Origin: Eledone cirrhosa
Taxonomy: Eukaryota
Length of the DNA: 64,000 nt
Assembly (NCBI GenBank): GCA_964016885.1
Contig: OZ024741.1
Span: 209,870,001 to 209,934,000, forward strand
Direction of reading: 5' to 3'
Part shown: positions 54,208 through 64,000 of the stretch, piece by piece
How positions within the stretch are numbered: the first letter of the stretch is position 1
How the letters are laid out: the number at the start of each line of letters is the position of its first letter
Notes under the pieces: model-generated
Database searches by the model: none
Told to the model about the DNA's origin: nothing
The model's input: only the letters and a program-made list of their open reading frames with translations
Translations under genes and position numbers: made by a program

Positions 54208-54385
54208 AGTTAATATCGCCACAGGTACTAAGTACCCCTGGAAATATATAGGGTGTCTATGAAACAATGGTTGTTCAATGGTATTAATTTGACATACCAG
54301 AACTATAAATTTGAGGTAAGCAAAATTCAAACAATTTTTTAAAAATAAATAAAAAAATATAATTTAAATATTTACCTATTCCAAT

Positions 54386-54469
54386 TGCTTTTACCGAACG
54401 GTTTCACTTCACAAAAGATTGGAGATCCCTAGGAATCTCCAATAGAAAAGTTTAGATCATCAGAAAGCA
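54386..54469 (-). ncRNA. Hammerhead with long stem II (family E)
   Basis: Minus: TGCTTT-CTGATGA-TCT...ATTGGAGATTCCTAGGGATCTCCAAT...AGT-GAAAC-CGTTCG-GTA-AAAGCA. Confidence 0.75.
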
Positions 54470-54589
54470 TTTTCCTTTCCTAGGACAAAAAGTCCCGGGA
54501 ACGGCAAAATATATTGCCATCTGCCAGCTAGCACAGGATCAAATGGGGCCGAAAATTTGAGCTATAGACATATATATAGACATATATAT

Positions 54590-54653
<64 letters not shown>

Positions 54654-54699
54654 TTTCTGAATTTGTTTAGCAAGATTCTTTATCTGAAATCGTGTGTTG

Positions 54700-55210
54700 A
54701 AACCGATATTGTTATACCTTGGGAGGGTCATGTTGCCAATAAGAAACACACGCACCAGTTGTTTTCACTTCAATTTATTATATATTTATAAATTTATAAA
54801 TTTACAAATTTCTGGTTGGTTGGTTGGTTCCACAACCAGATAGTTGTTTATATATAGTCATAGTTCTTTCGTCACACACTCTGTGACCTCTTCAGTGACT
54901 GGGGATTCCTTTCTTTGTTTCTGTGCCTCTCCTTTGTTCTGTCCTACACACAGAAACAAAATGGCGTAGGACAGAACAAAGGAGAGGCACAGAAACAAAG
55001 AAGGAATCCCCAGTCACTGAAGAGGTCACAGAGTGTGTGACGAAAGAACTATGACTATATATAAACAACTATCTGGTTGTGGAACCAACCAACCAACCAA
55101 CCAGAAATTTATAAATTTGTAAATTTATAAATTTATAAATATATAATAAATTGAAGTGAAAGCAACTGGTGCGTGTGTTTCTTATTGGCAACATGACCCT
55201 CCCAAGGTAT

Positions 55211-55217
<7 letters not shown>
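54700..55217. repeat. Fold-back of a family F pLTR with hammerheads at 54856-54900 (-) and 55012-55056 (+)
   Basis: ~245-bp inverted arms; AGTCA-CTGAAGA-G-GTCACA..TGTGAC-GAAAG-AA-CTA-TGACT. Confidence 0.88.
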
Positions 55218-55250
<33 letters not shown>

Positions 55251-55952
55251 GGTAAAGTCAATTTTTTAAAATTTATTTTGAAACTTTTTCATTATTTGCT
55301 AAACCTTGTTTATATTTGTTCTGGCTCGTTAACTTATTAACCCGCCATTGAACCACACTGGCATTTGGTTGGACAATACATGCGTACCTTGGCGCCTTGT
55401 GCGTGAAGGAACGTATATCCTATTACTACTACCTCCACTAATGTTGAGAACAAATTTGGTCGTTCTGACTGCTGCTAGCAATAGCTGTGGCTAGTTTGAC
55501 CTACCCTCCTTTTGCCTCTATCTTTGCTTCGGCCCTTGATAAACCTGTTTCTACATCATCCACTCTCATCCCAGGAACAGTTTTGATAGCGCTAGTTTGT
55601 GATTTAAATTCAGGAATTTTATATTCTTTGAATGAAAAGAACCTTCTGACGAGAATCTTTCTTTGCAACGAAGGCCGTATGGTCTCCGTTTTATTTTTGG
55701 GATCCGAAACCGATCGGTAAAGGTAACTATAGTAGGTAAAGTCAATTTTTTAAAATTTATTTTGAAACTTTTTCATTATTTGCTAAACCTTGAAACTAGT
55801 ACATCGTTCCTGTGTCAGTGTTGAACAAAAAGGTGACGTGGTTGCCTGAACTCTGTACGGCGTAAATCAGACTCCGTTTGTTTACAAACGAACAAAGCGA
55901 ACATTATAATAAATGTTCGGTAAACTGATACGTGCATATATATGTGTACCTG

Positions 55953-56037
<85 letters not shown>

Positions 56038-56143
56038 GCTACTGTATGTCTGTATACATATATGTATGTATGTATACATACATACTTACATTTAAGTAAG
56101 TGCCGTACTAAGAGTGAGAAATGAAATTTCGTTTCATTCTATT

Positions 56144-56262
<119 letters not shown>

Positions 56263-56267
56263 CACAA

Positions 56268-56303
<36 letters not shown>

Positions 56304-57519
56304 AGCAATTGAAGACGTCGGTGAAAAACATAGACAATGCCGTGATTTCGCAGATGCGGGGTTTGATTCAAGCAGGTGCCGCTGTCTAATTTTCTTCAGT
56401 CTCCAAAGGTTATTTACTCAACTTCTTACATTTTTAATAGTTAAATTACGTTGTAGTGACTTTACAAAAAGTAAATCTTCTTTAAAATGTTCCCATACGT
56501 CGAGGCCACGTAAATGCGTCAATGTTACTGCCCAATGTGAGTTCAGACTACTTCCTAGTTGAAACTTGTGGATCTAGTTTGAAGTGGTGAAGGGTGGGAC
56601 CAGCCTCTATGATATTAATTCGGGTATGAACTCACACGATGACATATGCTCCCTTTAAATTGGCATAGCATGGTCCCATAACTTTTGAGGGAGTCGTTGG
56701 GGTTCTGTGTTGACGGCTCTTCTAGAGACTTATTTAAACCTGGCGGAGCCCATCCCTCTCCAGGTCTGAATATAGCAGATTTATTCCTGAGAAGGATAGA
56801 GAGTGAGAGAGCGAGAGGAAATGAGAAAGAGACATAGAGGAAGAATCGACCCAGTATTTGGCTGGTACTTTTTTTTTCATCGAATTTGAAAGGATGAAAG
56901 GCAAAGTTGACCTCGGCAGGATTTGAAGCATTCTATCTGACGTTCTAATGCTTTGCGGTATTCATTTCGATTCTCTGCTCTCTGAGTTCAAGTCCTGCCG
57001 AGGCCTTTCATCCATTCGAGTATATAAAGAAGTACCAGTGTAGTACTGGGGTTGATTCTTTCTCTATATCTCTTTCTCACTCTCTACCCTTCTCTGGAAG
57101 AGATTTGCTGTGTTCAGACCTGGAGGGGTATAAAAAATGCCATAAATACGTCGTATGTCACTAAGAAGGCCCTACGACTCCCTCAGGAGTTACGGGACCA
57201 TGCATATAATGCGTGACAAAACTGATCCTTTGAATTACAGGGTACAGCTGACCCAGCGAACTTCCAAACAGTTTTTGCCCATCCCTATTCCACCCACAAG
57301 TAATTATAAAACGTTTTATTAATAAAAAAAAAAAAAATAACAACACTACAGATATTTAAAACACGGAAAATAAAGGGAAGGGCAATATACTCTGGGGTCA
57401 CAGAGGAATGGGAAGGGAGAGGGGAGGGTGATGGGCTCTAGGCCTAGGGCGTGGTGGTGTTGGAGCTGTGCCCCGCATATAAGTCCGCAAAAGTTATGGG
57501 CAGACGTGAGGCTGTGGTA

Positions 57520-57705
57520 AATAATTGTTTCTTCTTTTGGCACAAGGCCAGCGATTACCCCAGTACGTTACTGGTACTTCATTTTATCGACCCCGTAAGA
57601 ATGAAATACAAAGTTAACCTCGTCGGGATTTGAACACATACCGTAAAAGGCCGTAACTCTATGCTGCAAAGCATGGCGTCCGACCCTGTGTCGATACTGC
57701 CAACA
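57520..57705 (-). mobile_element. tRNA-derived SINE, family 1
   Basis: Reverse complement of the 41955 copy. Confidence 0.8.
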
Positions 57706-57722
57706 CACTGCTCCTGTGTTAA

Positions 57723-57947
57723 CCCTTTAGCATTTAAACCGGCCGTATCTGGCCAGAATTCTTTCACCGCTTTCTGTTCAAACTGGCTATAACCAGCTGC
57801 TCATACTCATGTTAATGTATTGTTCTCAAAATGAATAATATCAAAATCTCATAGATTGAATATTATGTGAGATAATTATGTGAGGTAAAGCTTTTACCAT
57901 GAAAATACAATAGTATATATATATAGAGTAATGTAAATGCTAAAGGG
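57723..57947. mobile_element. piggyBac-type MITE
   Basis: TTAA target duplication at 57719-57722 and 57948-57951; 14-bp TIR CCCTTTAGCATTTA/TAAATGCTAAAGGG. Confidence 0.88.
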
Positions 57948-57952
57948 TTAAA

Positions 57953-58140
57953 CGTTTCTACTTTTTGCATAAGGCCAGCAATTATCCCAGTGTATTACTG
58001 GTACTTTATTTTATCGACCCCCGTAAGGATGAAAGGCAGAGTTAACCTAGGTGGAATTTGAACGTAGGCCATAAAGGGCCGTAACTCTTTACTGTAAAGC
58101 ATGGTGTCCGATCCTCTACCGATACTGCCAATCCACCACC
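57953..58140 (-). mobile_element. tRNA-derived SINE, family 1
   Basis: Reverse complement of the 41955 copy. Confidence 0.82.
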
Positions 58141-58328
58141 CTAAAGGGTTAAATAATACTTGCCCAGGTACCATGCAATGGGATCGAACACCAGACCTAG
58201 TGGTTGTAAAACGAACTTTTTAACCAGTCGCAATACTACGTCCATTGTTCCGAAACATTCGTCATTTGTAGTAAAGCAGATGTTTCGATTAGATTGACCG
58301 AAACAAAACAACAGTTGACTGGAGTTGG

Positions 58329-58921
58329 ATGTGTATACGTATGTGTGTGTATGTGTTTGTATGTGTGTGTGTATATGTGTGCGTGTATGTGTATATGTGT
58401 GTGCTTTGTGTGTATGTGCTTTGTGTGTGTATGTGTGTGAATGTTTGAATGTATGTGTATGCATGTGTATATATGTGCGTGTATGTGTATATGTGTGTGC
58501 TTTTGGTGTGTATGTGAGTGCTTTGCGTGTGTATGTGTATTTGCGTATGCTGTATGCATGTGTATGTGCGTGCGTATGTGTGCAGGCATGTGTATGTGCA
58601 CGTGTATGGGTGTAGGCATGTGAGTATGTATGTGTGTATGCGTGTGTATGCGTGTTTGCATATGTGTATGCACGTGTCCATGCGTATGTATGTGCGCACG
58701 TATGTGTGTTTGTATGTGTGTATGCATGTGTCCATGCGTGTGTATGTTCGCGCGTATGTGTGTTTGCATGTGTGTATGCATGTATCCATGCGTGTGTATG
58801 TGCGTGTGTATGTGTGTTTGCATGTGTGTATGCATGTGTCCATGCGTGTGTATGTGCGTGCGTATGTGTGTTTGCATGTGTGTATGCATGTGTCCATGTG
58901 TGTGTATGCATGTATGTGTGT
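58329..58921. repeat. Alternating purine/pyrimidine (TG/TA/CA) tract with a 48-bp higher-order period
   Basis: TGTCCATGCGT at ~48-bp intervals from 58676 to 58892. Confidence 0.88.
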
Positions 58922-59404
58922 ATTTTAATGAAGAATATCAGCCCTCCATTACGTCCATTTAAGTTGTGAATCCAACTTTTCTTATCATTTCAGCTTCGTT
59001 AGGAGTATAATCGATCAAACAAAGTACCAGTAAAGTACAGAGGGTTGATTTTATCGATTATACGTCTCCAGTCTCTCAAAGATTCTCTGCCCTTCGGTTA
59101 ATTGCTGTAAATCAATACAACAAAATCCTTGCAATTTTCTTCTGAACAATTTTCTACGTCTTTCTTCATTCTTTCAACGTGAACGAAAACATTTTATTTT
59201 TGTTACCGTTCGTTCGATCGTTCGATCTATTGAGCTAGCATCAATACCCAATCATATCAGAGTGTTAAATTAATTTCTGGTGTAGTTGAAAACCAATCTT
59301 AGCTCAAATGTTATTGATCGACGATTTATCTTTTGAATAATCGAATCGATATTTGACCTGGCCTTTTTCTACTGTATTTAAAAAGGAATTAGATAAATAC
59401 TTTG

Positions 59405-60382
59405 GTATTATTGTTGTTGTTAATGTTGTTGTTATTGTTGTTATTGTTGTTGTTGTTGTTGTTGTTATTGTTGTTGTTGTTATTGTTGTTGTTGTTGTTG
59501 TTGTTGTTATTGTTGTTAGGTATTCTTTTTGTTTTTGTTGTTCTTGCTGTTAGGCATTATTTCTGTTGTTGTTTTTAGGTATGGTAGCTGTTGCTGTTGT
59601 TGTTGTTATTGTTGTTGTTGTTATTGTTGTTATTGTTGTTGTTAGGTATTGTTCCTGTTGTTGTTGTTGTTGTTGTTGTTATTGTTAGGTATTGTTCCTG
59701 TTGTTGTTGTTAGGTATTGTTGCTGTTGTTGTTGTTAGGTTTTGTTCCTGTTGTTGTTAGGTATTGTTGTTGTTGTTAGGTATTGTTCCTGTTGTTGTTG
59801 TTAGGTATTGTTGTTGTTGCTGTTGTTGTTGTTAGGTATTTTTGTTGTTGCTGTTTTGCTGTTGTTGTTGTTATTTTTAAGTATTGTTGTTGTTGCTGTT
59901 GTTGTTAGGTATTGTTGTTGTTGTTGTTGTTGTTGCTGCTGTTGTTGCTGTTGTTGCTGTTGTTGCTGTTGTTGCTTTAGTTTTTATTCTCACTGTTAAA
60001 GAGAGATAAGTTTTTAATTAGAAGCTAATAGAAATTTTTATTTGCTCAAGATTTTTATATTCAAGATAAGTTATTTGTTTCTTTTTTACAGGAACCGGTT
60101 TTATTGTTGTTAGTACAGTTTGTTGTTGTTGTTGTAGTTGTTGTTGTTGTTGTGGTTGTTGTTGTAGTTGTAGTTGTAGTTGTAGGAGTAGTCGAAGTTG
60201 TTGTTGTGATGGTGGTGGTAGTAGTAGTAGTAGTAGTTGTAGTAGTAGTAGTAGTAGTCGTTGTCGTCGTCGTTGTTGTTGTTGTTCTAGCTTTTACTGT
60301 AGAAGTATTTGTTGTAGTAGTAGTAGTAGTAGCAGCAGTAGTAGTAGTTGTTGTAGTAATAGTAGTAGTAGTAGTAGAAATT

Positions 60383-60422
<40 letters not shown>

Positions 60423-61200
60423 CAGTAGTAGCAGTAGTAGTAGCAGTAGTAGTAGTAGTAGTAGTAGTTGTCTTTGAAGGAAGAAAGAGCACTTCACAAA
60501 TCTCACTTTTACCATTTATTTAACTTTGCCTTTCATCCTTACGGTGTCGATAAAATAATGTACCAGTAATGTACTGAGTAATTGCTGGCCTTGTGCCAAA
60601 TGTAGAAACAATTATTAAGTAAAGTGTTTCATTCACTAATTCCCCGGGGTCGGGATGGTGGGGTTTGGTGGTGGGGAGATGGTGGTGGTGGTGGTGGTGG
60701 TGGTGGTGATAGTGGTGGTGGTGATGGTGGTGGTGGTGGTGATAGTGGTGGTGGTGGCAGTGTTGGTGGTGTTGGGCGAGATGGGGGTGGTGGTGGTGCT
60801 GATGGTGGGGTGATAGTGGTGGTGGTGGTAGTGGTAGTGGAGGATTGGTGGTGGGGGAGATGGTGGGGCTGGTGGTGGTGGTGGTGGTGATAGTGGTGGT
60901 GGTGGTAGTGGTGTTTGGTGGAGGTGGTGGTGGTGGTGGTGGTGATGGTGGTGGTGGTGATAGTGGTGGAGGTGGTGAAGGTGGTGGTGGTGGTGATGGT
61001 GGGGTGGAGGTGATGGTGGAGGTTAATGAAGTGAAGGATATAGTGGAAATGGTGGAGGTGGTGGTGGTGGTGGTGAATGTTGTGGAGGTAGTGGAGGTGG
61101 TGGAGATGATGAAGGTGGTAGAGATGGTGGAGGTAGTGGAGGTGGTGGAGATGGTGGAGGTTGTGGAGGTGGTAGAGATGGTGGAGGTAGTGGGGTGGAG
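59405..61200. repeat. Trinucleotide microsatellite cluster (TTG)n, (TAG)n, (GGT/GGA)n
   Basis: Direct reading. Confidence 0.95.
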
Positions 61201-61583
61201 GGGTGTATTTTTTTTTGAAATTAAAAAGAAAAAAAAAATACCCACCCCTCCACAATATAAACCACACAAAAATCCCTCCTCCCCTCCACCATACCGAACG
61301 AAAAGAGAGAATGCTGTAATGGAATGTTCAAGATAAATCTATTGTGTGTTTACTTTGAAGACAAGGAGGACTCTGTGTATAAATGAATTGAATGAACAAA
61401 GAAATGTCCTTAATTAGAACTTTCTAAATATAGATTCACATTCTCACCTCTGACTTTCTCTTAAGTCACTAAATCTTTTCATAACTAGTGATTGTTACGG
61501 TGCTTGGCTAATGATTGTAAGGTCGCTTGTTCGACTTCGGCGACAAGTTGCACCGGCCTTTGCTGTTCCATTGGATAACTTCA

Positions 61584-61648
<65 letters not shown>

Positions 61649-61744
61649 GTGTGTATGTGTGAGTATAAATATCTTCTATCTATATCTGTATCTATATATA
61701 TATATAGAGAGAGATAGATAGATATTTTTCTATTCTAAGGCGGG

Positions 61745-62400
61745 TAAAATTCCCGAGATCCATGGACGAGTTCTCTCCAGCGGTCTCTGTCCCTCATTAT
61801 CGCTGCCACGTCTCCAATAGACCAGTGTCTGTCCTTAGGGCATCAACATACGTTAACCTTGGTCTTCCTCTTCTAGTGTGTCCATGTAGGGGCTCCCAAA
61901 GGAGCACTGAGTGCAATGTCAACTCTGTGAACATGTCCAGCTAACCTCAGTCTCCCCTGTGTCACTTTTGAGCTGACTTTTGGGATGCTCGCATACAGCT
62001 CTGAGTTTTTCATCCTCAGTGTATACTCATTAATGTTCAGAGCCATCCTCAGCATTCTCGTGTAGCACCCATCCACCATCTGAGTGAGTTTCTTGGTCAG
62101 TGTCCAAGTCTCAGAACCATACAGCAGCACAGACTCCACTACAGCAATGAAGAGGCGGATTTTCAGGTCTCTACGAAGGTCCGACTTCCACACCGATCTC
62201 AAGCTGTGGCACGCCGCCCAGGCCTTGCTCTTCCTCTCAACCACATCATCTTCCGTATTCCCAATCTTTGCTCCCAAATACAGGAAGCCCTCAACCAATT
62301 CTAGCGGCTTCCCGCTTACATTAGTGATCCCCTCTGGCTTCTCAACATTCTCTACCAGATATTTTGTTTTAGTCTCATTCATTCTCAGCCCCACACTCAT
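61745..62400 (-). pseudogene. RTE-clade LINE 3' part (RT C-terminal half)
   Basis: GLRMNETKTKY, FLYLG, KAWAA, KIRLF.AVVESVLLYGSETWTL, YTRMLR, RLRLAGHV. Confidence 0.88.
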
Positions 62401-62528
62401 CGACGCAGTGGCTCAGAGCAGGAGAGTTAGGGCGAAAAAGGTATCGGATGCTGAATTTGCCGACGACATAGTTTTGGTGACAAATTCAGTGAAGGAGGCA
62501 GAGGATTTGATGCGGGAGGTTGAGACTG
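62401..62528 (+). pseudogene. Inverted 5' piece of the same RTE element, containing the catalytic FADD motif
   Basis: VSDAEFADDIVLVTNSVKEAEDLMREVET on the opposite strand, directly abutting. Confidence 0.85.
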
Positions 62529-62542
62529 ATAGATAGAAATAA

Positions 62543-62573
<31 letters not shown>

Positions 62574-62589
62574 CACATGCACACGCACG

Positions 62590-62726
<137 letters not shown>

Positions 62727-62823
62727 ATAAATATCTCTATATCTATATTTATATCTATATCTTTATATATATATATATATATATTTATGTATGTATAAAT
62801 ATCTATATATCTATATTTATATC

Positions 62824-62996
<173 letters not shown>

Positions 62997-63330
62997 GGAT
63001 AAATCTCTGGGTAATAGAATCAGGTGGTAATGAGAGAGAAATGTAAGAGGAATTGTAGAGAGATACGTAGAGGGTGTAAAGGAACGTAGCAAAAGTGTAA
63101 AAATAATAACACGAGTTAGAGTTACCTTGGAAGTGATTTAATTGTCCCTATATTTCGGATTTCGCATTCATCAAATGAGGGTTTTCCGAGGGGAAAAAGT
63201 TTTGTCGGAGAGGGACAACACGTGGCCTTTGTTGTTTACCTACTGTTGTTTACATACTGTCGTAAACGTTTGGTAGACATATCCAAGGATAAGCGTACTT
63301 AGTACACAGAACGAGTTTATATATCTCATG

Positions 63331-63380
63331 ACAGGTTGAATGAGTTGGGATCCAGAACCCAACGAAACTTAAGTACCTGT
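63331..63380 (+). ncRNA. Hammerhead with variant 8-nt core (family L)
   Basis: ACAGG-TTGAATGA-GTTGGG-ATCCAGAA-CCCAAC-GAAAC-TTAA-GTA-CCTGT; palindromic ACTTAAGT. Confidence 0.72.
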
Positions 63381-63424
63381 TTATATAACTGTTGTAATTA
63401 TATATATATACACAGACACAACAA

Positions 63425-63470
<46 letters not shown>

Positions 63471-63538
63471 TCATTTTATTAATATATATATATATCTAAT
63501 TTTATATATATATATATTTAATTATATATATATATATA

Positions 63539-63618
<80 letters not shown>

Positions 63619-63712
63619 ATTATATATATATATATATATATATAAGGAAAAAAGCTGAAATCGAAAATGCAACTGGAGTCTTTTTTAAAAAAAGATATAT
63701 ATTTATTTGGTT

Positions 63713-63750
63713 CCTTTACCGGTTTCGCAGGTCTTCTGCCTTTCAAAAGT
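63713..63750 (-). ncRNA. Degenerate minimal hammerhead-like motif (family M)
   Basis: Minus: CTT-TTGAAAG-GCAG-AAGAC-CTGC-GAAAC-CG-GTA-AAG. Confidence 0.5.
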
Positions 63751-64000
63751 AGAGTTGAGATGGAGGGTCTGTGGTTTTTTTCACATCTAGTTGGTCTTTG
63801 AATGTTACTTGTTTTATATGGAAAAAAGTGGCTCTAAATGCCAGGTGTTTAGAGAAGTAATTTGATTGGTTGGTGAATAAGTATAATAAATTTCGCGCCA
63901 GTTCCCACTACAAAGTTCTTCTTTGAAAAACTTTGTAATGCGAACTGGTGAGAAAAAGCACAGACTCTCCATATAATTATATATATATAATTATATATAT

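Noticed and set aside
58141-61336. His/Thr-, Val-, Pro- and Gly-rich ORFs
   Set aside because: Translations of di- and trinucleotide repeats
63145-63185. Minus-strand TTGATGA...GAAAT motif
   Set aside because: Stem II does not pair and stem I is offset; too degenerate to call

Overview
Eukaryotic, AT-rich, repeat-saturated DNA with no recognisable host gene; the tRNA-derived SINE families and dense (TA)n/(CA)n tracts suggest an octopod cephalopod (inference). 1-12 kb is a stack of adjacent satellites: a composite of a ~265-bp unit with telomere-like 16-mers, a CpG-rich alternating-palindrome block, an AT palindromic satellite, a TTGGGG-rich tract and a ~21-bp minisatellite. 12-64 kb is a nest of Penelope-like retroelements (RT + C-terminal GIY-YIG; one complete with both pseudo-LTRs at 49.3-53.9 kb), LINE fragments, a small Helitron, MITEs, SINEs and microsatellites. 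The main signal, invisible in the ORF track, is about 35 type I hammerhead-ribozyme motifs in about 13 sequence families, folded by eye. They include tandem retrozyme-like arrays (~703, ~590, 312 bp monomers), hammerheads with very large stem II inserts, natural U3-A8 core variants, recurrent U10.1-U11.1 mismatches, an extra-nucleotide core family and many sense/antisense fold-back pairs. Most short ORFs are microsatellite artefacts. Ribozyme activity is predicted, not shown.
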